A DNA stretch of 64,000 bases, taken from NCBI GenBank assembly GCA_965235115.1, contig OZ249436.1, positions 21,702,001-21,766,000 on the forward strand, in the 5' to 3' direction. Position 1 is the stretch's first letter. Every line of letters begins with the position of its first letter. Positions 39,747 through 50,412 of this stretch are shown here, piece after piece. The translations under genes and the position numbers were made by a program. The notes under the pieces were generated by a model that made no database searches, was not told where the DNA came from, and worked only from the letters and a program-made list of their open reading frames with translations. The DNA is from Laetmonice hystrix (taxonomy: Eukaryota).

Positions 39747-42700
39747 ATGTTAGGAGAGCTAGATCTTAGCTACGAAGGATTTGAGACGATTGGTAAGTTG
39801 ACACATGTATTTTGTTGAACTTGAAGGAGAATATTTTGTGTTGCGACACCCAAACACGGAAAGTGAAATCTGAAATGGCGCGTTCTTCGACGACCGTGTT
39901 TACTCACATGTCAGTTTCTCACTTTTCGTTGTCCTGAGTGCGTAATTCTTTTATTACAAAGTGCAGAAAAGAGGTATTATAAACCAGTGGTAGCAGAAAG
40001 TAAACGAAAAGCGGGAGGCAGCCTCATCCACTCTTAATAACTACAGCTGCATGGTTGCCAGCCTGGTTCGAGTCACGCCGGGGCCGTCAGAGCAGAGCAC
40101 CTGCACTGCCACTGCGCCAGTGCTGCAGAGGCGCCGCCGCCGATCTACACAGTCACAGATCTACAAACAAAGTCACTGCAACTGCAAGGATGAATACAGC
40201 GTAATGCGACGGAGAACCTACAGTCTAACCTTATTAGACTAATTAGTACTAAGCATGGGAAAGTTGACATTGACAGCATCTCTGCTTTTTCACTTGAGGA
40301 GCTTACTCCATAAAAAGATTCTAAAATATTCTCCTTCAACAAGTCTGCTGAGCCGGCTGAGGCGTGAAGATACACACGATGCAGGTGATTGACAAAAAAA
40401 TTGCCAAGTCAGTTAGATCTAATTTAAATTTAGAATGGCAAGAGATCCACTCATAATAATATAAACTTAATTAATGGTTAGTAATGTTAGTGTATATTTA
40501 GCCGGCAGCAAACAAATTGCTTGGGATAGGGTTTATTTTTGTAGTCAAATTGGGCGTAAATTAGAGTTTGATAGACGCCTATTTAGCCGTAGAGTATTAT
40601 ACAATAGGATCAAAGCTTAATGGTCACATGACCCCCCCCCCCCATGCTGGCTAAATATACAGTAATAAAATGAACAAATGATATGCTACTTTTAATATGC
40701 ATTGCCAGGGATGTACTGTATAAATTACGTGAACAGTTAACCCTTCCCAGTCGTATCTCGTACACCACACCAGTGGTGTGTCCGGTCTCTCCCTCTCCCT
40801 CCCTGCTGGTAGTGGTACATAATAATCGGGGCTTCAGATAAGGTGCGTATTTATGCACTAAAGTGGGGAAAATATGCAGCAATTTTGAAGACCCTATCAT
40901 CAAAAACGCATCTGTATTGCGTAATAAAAGCTTTTCATACGCTGAGTCCTTCTGCACTGAGCGTCAAATATGGTTGGGAGGGGGCCTCTAATGGTCTGCA
41001 GTGGTCAGCAAGCGCTGGCTGGGTGCCAACAGCCGTTGTTCCCAGCATTAGCAAACACATGCAGGTCAGTTGACTGGAAGTCAATTTATACGCAACACAA
41101 GTTTGTTGAGGACAGAACTGAGCGACATTTCACACCTGTGGTTTCTTATACTAGTAAGAATTCTATTTGTGGCAATGTGGCCCTATAGGAGTGTGAATTT
41201 CTTTTGGCCTGTAGGAAGGATGTCCCCCCCCCCCTCCAACTCTTCCACTGAATATCTTCCACCACCTATGATAAAATAAAGAAACTTTTAAATTTGAATA
41301 CTAGACAACCAATAGTGTGCCAGGACAACTATATTTTGTATTTGGTTGTCTGGACAACCAGGTTCTTTTTGTGATTTAACCATAGTGTTTTTGTCTTTAA
41401 TCAACAGATGGAGTCACTGCTCTACGTCAAATATGTGCACGCCAGAAGAAAAAGTTTACAGTAAGTTTAGGAGTATTTGGTTGGAGCATTTTTATGTGAG
41501 GTTTGCCAGATCAGCCTAATACAAAATGTACTAGACTGGTGGGTTTTACAAGATATCATAAGCAGTGCTTGCCGTTTGAAATCTTTACGGGAGCGATCCA
41601 TCACTCCCCTTGGTTATCCGAGGGGAGCTAAATCACTCCCCTAGAAATTGTTCCTGTCCCACGTTTGGGTATTTCCAGGTAAACTCAGGGTAGTTTATAA
41701 GGTTTGGCATAGGCTTAAGAGGTCCTGGGAGCCGTCTAGGAAATGATTGACTCATTAATAACTGGGGGACAAGGAGAAACAGAGAGCGCTTTTGAGGTTG
41801 CCTCAGATATGGCTGAGGGTTCACATCAGTCAGTGAAGTTGAGGGGCGCGATAAAAAGCGCTTCTGAAACAGATTTTGCAAGCGCTTAGGGGCGCAAGCG
41901 CGATCGCGCCCGTCAAACGGCAAGGCCTGCATAAGCATGTTGTCTGGCCACAGTGCCCACTGCATACTTTGTGAAACTTTCCTACAAGCTGTGAGGATCC
42001 TGCAGAATATCAATTGAGTTGAGTGGTGTGCTGTAAAAGTCTTTGAAACATTAAACCTAAAGAGTATCATGCTTTTTTTCACCTTAGGCTCATGTGTTTG
42101 GTTCCTAAATTAGTAGATTAAAGTAAAATGAAGAAATCAGTTCCTGTTACACCCTGAATTAGTGAATAGGATTACATGTAGCTTGATAATTTGCTTGAAC
42201 TGTTTCAGGTGTCTGTCGAAGGCAACATTGGATGTGGCAAATCTACATTAGTGTCTTACTTTAAGAGTTTTCCATCAGTGCAGGTAATTGCAACTTAAAT
42301 AATCAGAATCACAAATATTCCAAATTTCTAATTTAGTGTCATTGTGATCCTACACTGCAAGCAATATTCATGAGTTGCTGGACATCATAACTTGGAGTTA
42401 ATTCAGAACTTCATAAAACATAAATGAAAATACATTGTACTTACTTTTTTAGCTTTGGAAGTTCTATAGTCTGTAGAATATCAGTTAATTAAGTGTAATA
42501 ATTTCTTATTCTTATGTCAAGGCAGTCCAAGAGCCGGTGGAAAAATGGTGTAACCTTCAGGGGCATAATGCACTGGTAAGTAAAGTGAAGGTAAACTGAC
42601 CAAAAGAAATTCTTAAAACACATTTGTATGATACTTGGCGTCCTTGACTATAGAATGCTGCCACTAATCACTTCATTTTGTATATCTTTGCCAAATTTGC

Positions 42701-45700
42701 TGGCAAAATTGAATATTTTCCATTGAATTGAAAAAGACATGTTTTTTACCCAGTTTTGTTTTTTTTGGTGGTCATTATCAGTCTGCGACGTTGGCCAATA
42801 GCCCGAAGCCCGAGTCTAGTAGAAATTGCGACGGGCTATTGAAAGCACTGGCTGCACAAGCCCACCAGTCTGAAAGAGTAAACGGGCCCCCTCCCACATT
42901 CTCCCGTCCCCCAACACCAAATCACATTACTTTTTGTTTCGCAGTTCGTTTCACAGAATAATGAAAAGAGAGGGGGCTAGTAAAAAAAATTCACTTAGTA
43001 GCCCTATTGTCTAGTACTGAAAAAAAGTAAGACTGCATTATTCACAGGAAAAATTTGTTGTAATTTAGGGTATAAGATGACTACCCTATCTGTGATAAGT
43101 TGGCTAACAACCAGAACGTTATATAAGAGGTAGAAGTATCATTCACTATCAGCAAATGATCGAGTTCAACCTTCGTTTTAAGGTTAATATTTATGCTGAT
43201 TAGGGCTGGGACGATACACTTTGTTCACGATACAATATATACGATAGTATTTCGATATTTGCTCCACGATAGGATACGTATCACAATACGTATCTAAATT
43301 CCATTCAAACTGATTACTGATCAGTAGTGCACGTATTAAACAATAAAAATGCCATATCACTCTTTTTCTTTTTGATGTTTGCCCTGGAGGGGGGCACCAG
43401 TAAATTGAGCAATGCCGATGGTGCAATACATAAAGAACATGGCCGCAGTGTCAGTATGACACCACGGGCCACAGCTTTCATCAGATTTCTATCACTTTTT
43501 ATCATATTTTAACACTTTTTGATAACAAAAGAATATTAACATATCGATACATATCGTATTCACAGCTTTTGAACCGTAAATCGCATCGTTCCGTGAAAAT
43601 ATCGCGATTCACGATTGTATAGATGAATCGTCCCAGCACTAATGCTGACTGACAGTCCCTTACAGAGTACTCTAAATGGTGAACCTTGGAACCTGATATC
43701 AACAATTATTATGAGTAAGAGTCGATGAAACTGAGAGGTGTAATATGTGATGTCCTGTTGAGGTTTTGTCTTTTTCAAACATAACTTGAATACAGACACT
43801 GCTTTTCTCTTGATTTTGCTACAGAAACTTTTATATGAAGACCCTGCAAGATGGAACTTTACATTTAATAATTATGCCATGCTTACAAGGTTACAAATGC
43901 ACCAGAGTCAAATGGTAAGGAAACCTTTAAGTTCTTTCACATTCCATTCAAGGGACTAAGCTATTTACACAGATTTGAAAAGCTACTGAGTGTAGCATTT
44001 GTGAATGTTATAGAAACATTCTCTCGTCATGAAGATGTATACAAAAACAGATATGGCTAGATGAAAAGTAGGTATGTAATATGTGATTACCTTTCCAGAT
44101 GCGGCCAGTCAGGATGTTGGAGAGGTCACTATTCAGCACACATTATTGCTTTGTAGAGAATAGCTATAGAGAGTAAGTATTTATAGGTATTATAATGATG
44201 TACAAACACATTCAATTGAATGATTTAAGAGTCATTAAATGGGATTTCAGTTAGGGGAATGGATGTAATGATCATTGATTAACAGTTTCATGAGGATTGA
44301 AAATACCCATATAGATAATCCCGTGTATTACTGACTTTTGAAGTGTGTTAGTACAAACGAAATTCATAATTAATTAAAGGAATAAAGCACTTAAAAAAAG
44401 GAATATAAATTTGAAAAATATTTGCCTTTGTTTCAGCGATCAAGATGTTTAATATTTAATCATTAGTAGTCTTGTTTTAATAACTGAAATGTATGTGTAC
44501 TTTGCAGTGGTTTATTGACTGGCTTGGAGTATGCTGTTCTGTCAGAGTGGTTTGATTTCATCATCAAATCACAGAAAATAGAGGTCGATCTCTTTGGTAA
44601 GTACAAAACTTCTTAGATTGCTGAAAAGTTTTGACAACTGTCTTGAAATTTTTTATGAAGGACAAGTTTCCAGAAAATTTAAACTTTGGTCATCTGCTAA
44701 GACATTCAAACCCAATCAGCTTTTTTTTAACAGATCTGCCACACAGTTCAGTTTAAGATTTTTAGATGAGCCATGCATCGTTGAAGTGTGCCATAGGCCC
44801 ATACATCATTGAAATTTTTGTGAAAGGCTTAGTTAAATCATGTAATTTTTCCAGGGGAAGATGTTTTTTTTCAACCTGAAATACACATAATAATGGCAGT
44901 ATCACTATCACTGATAAACATTTCTTTACAAAACATTTTGCTAAGTTTAGTTGTAATGGTGAAAGCTGTAAAGTGGAGATTTTTTGCAGTATATTTGAGG
45001 GCCCCACCCAGCGTGTGCCATGAAAGGTTAAAAAAAAGGAATCGCAAGGAAGAAGCTGGAGTGCCAATTGTAAGTATGATGCAGGCAGTCAAAGTCATCT
45101 CTTTTTGCTTTGTCCTCTTTAGTTTCTCATTTATTTTGTGAGGTAATTCCAGCTATTACTTTCAGCTGTAGAATAACTGCATAGTTGTTTTGTTTTTTTG
45201 TTTTTTTGTTTGTTTTTTATATTTTTTCAATTAAAAAACTGCAGGGGTAGATTTCGTGCGTGATTTTTTTTGAGTCAGCAGGACTCCCAAGTTGCAAAAT
45301 TTAGGAGTCCGCCAAAAGATGTGGGAGTCCACTATCCTATAAGGAATACAACGTGACTGGATGTAAAAAAAAAGACACAGTTGACAGTGTTATGCCATAA
45401 TAGTTTGGCATAAACAATCGAGTAATCAAGCCATGACGGGGGGGGGGGGGGCTGAGTGAAACATATCAGTCTTCTGACCCCCTGCTGAGTAGCAAATATT
45501 CGGTTCACCTTGACTGGGCGATCGTCACCTGGTCTTGGGTTAAAATCTGCACCAATCTGTGTGTAAATATCTAGGAGACAGCTGGACTCCTGGTCAGGTG
45601 GCTGCCAGGAGTCCGTCCCAATTTTGGGGAGTCTCGGACTCACGGACTCCCGTCGAAATCGACCCCTGCTGTGGCGTTATAATGTGAGCATGTTACAGCC

Positions 45701-46957
45701 TTTTAGGCAGTTCCGAGAAGCACTTTTGATATCCGCTACTGACAATCTTCAGGCATATCCCGGATATGTAAAACGATGGCCGATCTGTTGAGCAATCATC
45801 CATGTTTTATCCATATAAAGCTTAGAACTCGATGTCAATTCATTTGTTTGTGATGTGCCAAAGTTTACTGGTCGGATTTTGGCCAGTTCCGATAAACTTC
45901 CGGTAGTTGCGAGAAATGCCATCTAGTGAAAAGATGCTGGCGATGAGGGCCCGTTTCAAGATGTTACTGTGCCATATTATGGGCCTGATAAACCACTACA
46001 TTATGGTAAATAAGTTTTTCTTTGTCAAACTTTTGATTTTTCAGAGTAAGACAGACGTAAGACAGTACGAGTACAACTACAAGTGTTGTGGATGTGGGCA
46101 TCCATCTTTGCATGTTACTTTGCATGTCACTAGATGGCGTGTAGATCTACAGATCTGACATCAAATATGTGTCAGAATGAAATATTTCAAAACTACGCCT
46201 GAGCGAATTTCACATTTCTCGCAACTACCTAATTCTCGGAACTGCCTAAAAGACGCTTTGGATGCTTGAATAAATTATTTTCCTTTGGTTCAAATAACTT
46301 TGTTGTTATTTGAAGTAAGAATTTCGAGATTAGTTTTAATGAATGCCTATTCATAAAAAGTTTGTGCCCTCCTCTAAAAAAAATCCTGGATCCGTGCCTG
46401 GAGAATATGTCTTCTGTTTTTAGGAATTTATTGAGGCTCTCCACACATTGCATGAAGAGTGGTTGATGGGGAAACAGTTCCCTGTGCCAGCCCCAGTCCT
46501 GGTGAGTACATTTAGAATAATGACCCTCTCATGACTGACCGAACAGTCCTGTAATAAAGAGTTTCTTTCAACTATAGTATCTACAATGTCGAATAGAAGA
46601 ATTCTCCATCGTAATCCAATTTTACAAGCTCGTATTTTCTGATCATAATAGCAAAATGTACGAGTTTTTCCTTGTTTACGAGCTATAAGGCCATATATAT
46701 ACGAGTTCATACAGTCTTAGTTAAACAAGCCCCTGGCTCTCAACATGGTCATATTAAGAGTAAGAAAAGCAAGATTATGTGAGTACTATGAGACTTGGAT
46801 GTAGAGATAGGGCTAATCCTGTAAATGATTGTATCAAAGGTTGACACGGGAAGAAATTATTTCTACTCTGCAGGTTTTGGATGCCAGCCAGGAACTGCCC
46901 AGGATGAAGCAGCTCTATGAAGAGTACAGATCTGAAATTCTGTGTGGATGCACATGA
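39747..46957 (+). CDS. Deoxynucleoside kinase, TK2 / insect dNK-like, ~240 aa
   Basis: Exons 39747-39792 (or the duplicate 37969-38014), 41408-41460, 42209-42283 (VSVEGNIGCGKST, P-loop), 42522-42575 (EPVEKW), 43825-43914 (LYEDPARW), 44099-44172 (MLERSLFS..YCFVEN), 44508-44596, 44990-45069 (YLR..P.VC.ERLKKRNRKEE, lid), 46424-46501 (LH.LHEEWL), 46874-46957 (VLDAS..*). All phases are consistent. Confidence 0.93.
41563..41929. mobile_element. hAT-like non-autonomous element with 6-bp TSD
   Basis: CATAAG|CAGTGCTTGCCGTTTGA ... TCAAACGGCAAGGCCTG|CATAAG; same terminal family as 29305-30099. Confidence 0.75.
43201..43641. mobile_element. hAT-type MITE with 8-bp TSD
   Basis: ATGCTGAT|TAGGGCTGGGACGAT ... 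ATCGTCCCAGCACTA|ATGCTGAC (7/8 TSD match); CGATA subterminal repeats. Confidence 0.85.
45242..45668. mobile_element. Non-autonomous TIR element (CAGGGG..CCCCTG)
   Basis: CAGGGGTAGATTTCG ... CGAAATCGACCCCTG with GGAGTC/GACTCC subterminal repeats; relative at 1612-1812. Confidence 0.75.
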
Positions 46958-49721
46958 GATTAATGCCCCTTTGTTTGTACTAATGCTGATACTTATACTG
47001 CCAGGGTAAGACACGGGTCTTTCCATCAGGGAAACGTGGCTAAAAAACGGTCCATGACACTCATTTCATTTCAACTTATTAAGACTCATTGAAAGTCATT
47101 AGTTGACAATTTTTACCTCAGTTCTCATGCACATAACTAGGTGCCTCACGATTGAGACATTGGTACCCAAATATAGAAAGTAACTGCCAGTAGAAGTTGG
47201 AAGTCTGTATTTAAAGAAAACAATTAGCTTCCGGGAGAATAACAATCTCTGCAATTGTAGAGTTGCCATAAAACGCCCTATAACCTACCGATTCTAGTTT
47301 TGTATTCGGAGTGAGTTATAGTAGACGCTAATGCATGGTCTGCTATTGCAGTCGGCTTCCAAGTGCAATTAAATGCATACTCGTTAGTCATATCAGTACA
47401 GGGAAACGGAAATTTAATTGCAATGTGAAAAAGGGCAAAATAGTTTTTAGATTGACGATATCGTCAATCCTGTCGGAGTTCGAAACGAGCTGTGTACTAA
47501 AAGTGTAAATGTTGGTTAGAATTATGACAGTCAGATGGCTTTATAGATTGATGCAAAGCTGAGTAATTTTTAGCAGACGAATCTTATTCCATATGTGTTT
47601 CTTGAAACTTGTGTGAGCCTTGCATGTAAATAGAATATAATAATCTCAGGAGAAAAACCTCTACAATAATGTACGTTTTTTCCATAAGTTTAAATGAGGC
47701 CTTTTATGAAGATAACCAATAAATTAGAATTGGGCCCAGAAAGACAGTGGTGTACTTGTTCAATTCAATTGTCCATATATATATATACATGTACTATAGA
47801 TATTGTGAGAAAAAAGGTGTGATGTTACGTTTTATTACAAAGCACAGTCGGTGACGGTAAAAGATTACCAGGAAACCACTTTTAATGTTTCAGTGAAAAC
47901 ATCGCTGCTAAGATTGCAGTAGGATTCAGACTAAACATCTCGTACTGCTGCGAATATTATAGGCATATTCCTTGTCGTTTGTTGTACATACTAGCTGTAG
48001 AAACGATACCCTAGGTACCCTAGATATTGCAATAAAATACGAACTATTACAAAGTTGATTTATACATGTTCATACAGATAGAATGACCTTGAGTCAGACA
48101 GAGGGGAGAGGGGGTAAAACTGAACGTCCAGAGCTAGGGTACGGTAATCCTGAAGAAATGAGCCTAATATGTTATTGATTACGTTCGGTAAATAGGGCCA
48201 CTATCGGTCAGTTTGACGTCACAGCAGTAGCGTACCGAGGGGGGTGCTTGGGGTGCTCAAGCACCCCCCTCAATTTGCCCAATTTTTTTTGGTGGCTCAC
48301 AGCCCCCTCCCAATTTGCAGCGCCTACGATTTGGTTATTTCCAGCACCCCCTGGGTCCTCCAGCACCCCCCCCCCCCCCCCCGGGTCCAGTTTCTGGGTA
48401 AGCCACTGCACAGAGCCTATATATTTTAAGGAATTCTATATGAAGAAAGCTATGGTCTAGCCGAGCCTATTATATTTCGAATTAAAAACGTACCAGTATA
48501 AATTAAACACAATTTGGGATACAAAAATATATAAGATGGGAGTGAATACAAGGCTGTTGAAGGAGGGAGGCAAAAGCGGAAACTGAGAAGGATCGATCAA
48601 AAACTTTAAGACAAGAAGAAAGAAAGAAAAAAAGGAGGGGGGGGGGTCCAATATCCGCCAAGTAACGAAATGTTGGGCCTTAGAAGAAAAATGCCTCAAA
48701 CAAGGGGGTCAATGACTGACCATGCCAACAAGGATACGCAGTAAGGCGTAATTGATCGCAGTCGTTTTGAGATTCATTTACGACTTGTGAAGGTAATTCG
48801 ATGATGATTACATCCTGTAAGGTGTTATATTTTCTTGACATGCGACAATTATACTTCCAATCGTCGAATGTTTGAAGCGCTAAAGCCCAGGACGATTCAG
48901 GCGACAGCAGCGCGAAATAGCATGACGAGGGACCTCTAGCGGGACCTCTTGCTGCCGTCTGGCGTTATAACCGTAAACTAAAACTACTGACTGCCATCTA
49001 GCGTTTTGTATTGAACTCATTATATTGTCGGCCACCAAGTAGGCGCTATGATTGGGTGTGTATAAAACGAAGACCGAAGACCTAAGACTGGTGTGAGCCA
49101 GGGTGACTACCTGTCCTGTTATGTAACATGTATGCTGCGTTGAGCGTGGCCTATCCCTATTCATATAGTCGAAGGTCTGTTATGTGGAGTCTCCTTGGCC
49201 TTGTATTTTAATCGAAGTAATTATGTGCTGCTATAAAAACATATCATAGGCTATATAGTAGGCCAATATGTTAGGGTGTCGGAAGGTAGGCCTAACTAAA
49301 TGCTGAGGTAAGAAGGCAGGAAACGATCGACGACAGCATAATTTAAAATTTTATTTACCATAACAAAATACATCGAGTAGGGTCTACGCCTACTTATGAA
49401 CGATATTTACAGTATATCCGCATATTACTTCAATCTGTTTTGTCATATATGTATAACAGCAAGTAATATCAAAAACTTCATAGTGACATAGAGAAGTTAA
49501 TTTACGCATTGAACAGTTTATGAACTAATTAACCCCACAAGTGAACAGTATGGACGATATAAACTAGAGAAGCACCTCGCCAGGCCTTTCCTTACGTAAT
49601 CTTCAATATATAGATAGATCTATCCATATGATATCACATACCACTTTAAAGTTTTAATATCTCTCAGATGTGAATGGGATCATCTGTGAATGTTTACTCT
49701 TCTCGTTGTCAACACGAGTAC

Positions 49722-49912
49722 AGCCGTGTTTTCATGTGTGCGTTTCCGTTTTCCCATTCCGTTTTCCGTTCCGGTTCGATCGGTTATGCCTATTTCCTAT
49801 GAGAGTGTTTCCATGTGCGCGTTTCATTCAAATCGGACTACAAACAGTCTCATAGGAAATAGGCATAAACGATCGAATCGGAAAACGGAAACGCACACAT
49901 GGAAACACGGCT
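49722..49912. mobile_element. Palindromic MITE (~190 bp hairpin)
   Basis: AGCCGTGTTT.CATGTGTGCGTTTCCGTTTTCC..TATGCCTATTTCCTATGAGA is inverted as TCTCATAGGAAATAGGCATA..GGAAAACGGAAACGCACACATGGAAACACGGCT. Confidence 0.85.
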
Positions 49913-50412
49913 TAAGTCTGCATCATAGGCGAATCGGGGGGGGGGGGGGGGGGGGCGGCACCGGGGGCACGTGCCTCCCCCAGCTTCCCTATACTCATTT
50001 TAAAATAATTTTGTCATAGGCCTATTTAGATTAGACCCAGCACATGAGTGGGCATGATGACGCAAATGGTTGTAGGGCCTAACTTATGACACAGAAGTCC
50101 CCCCCCCCCCCTTCCCCTGGATCCGCCAGTGCCCGCATGCTACATGTATATGTACCATCACAGTTACCAGGCTGATACCACTAATAAACGCCATTTGATA
50201 GCTCCCGTTACGAATCCGTGACATATACGCCCACTGCAATCCACATACATTTTGGTGTGCGCACACTTTTTTTTGTAAACTGTTCTAAAACAAAATAAAC
50301 CAAACGTAGAGCCATTTCATCGGGACATCGGCGTATCAAGGATAGTAAGATCTAAGACGACAAAACACGTGTGAATTTACATCTGTGAAATCTTGTGATG
50401 GACCATGTGACG

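Larger units (their letters stand above)
36419..39959 (+). repeat. Near-identical 1.77 kb tandem segmental duplication (36419-38182 and 38186-39959)
   Basis: Both copies begin GACATCACTTGCCTTTTGCC and end TTCTTTTATTACAA. They differ only by poly-C/G length changes, a few substitutions and single-base indels. Confidence 0.95.

Noticed and set aside
40051..40242. GC-rich ORF and GGTTCGAGTC B-box
   Set aside because: No recognisable protein motif or tRNA fold; probably a repeat fragment in kinase intron 1.
46955..46957. Selenocysteine read-through of the kinase TGA after CGCT
   Set aside because: TAA follows two codons later, the family is not known to contain selenoproteins, and no SECIS was recognised.
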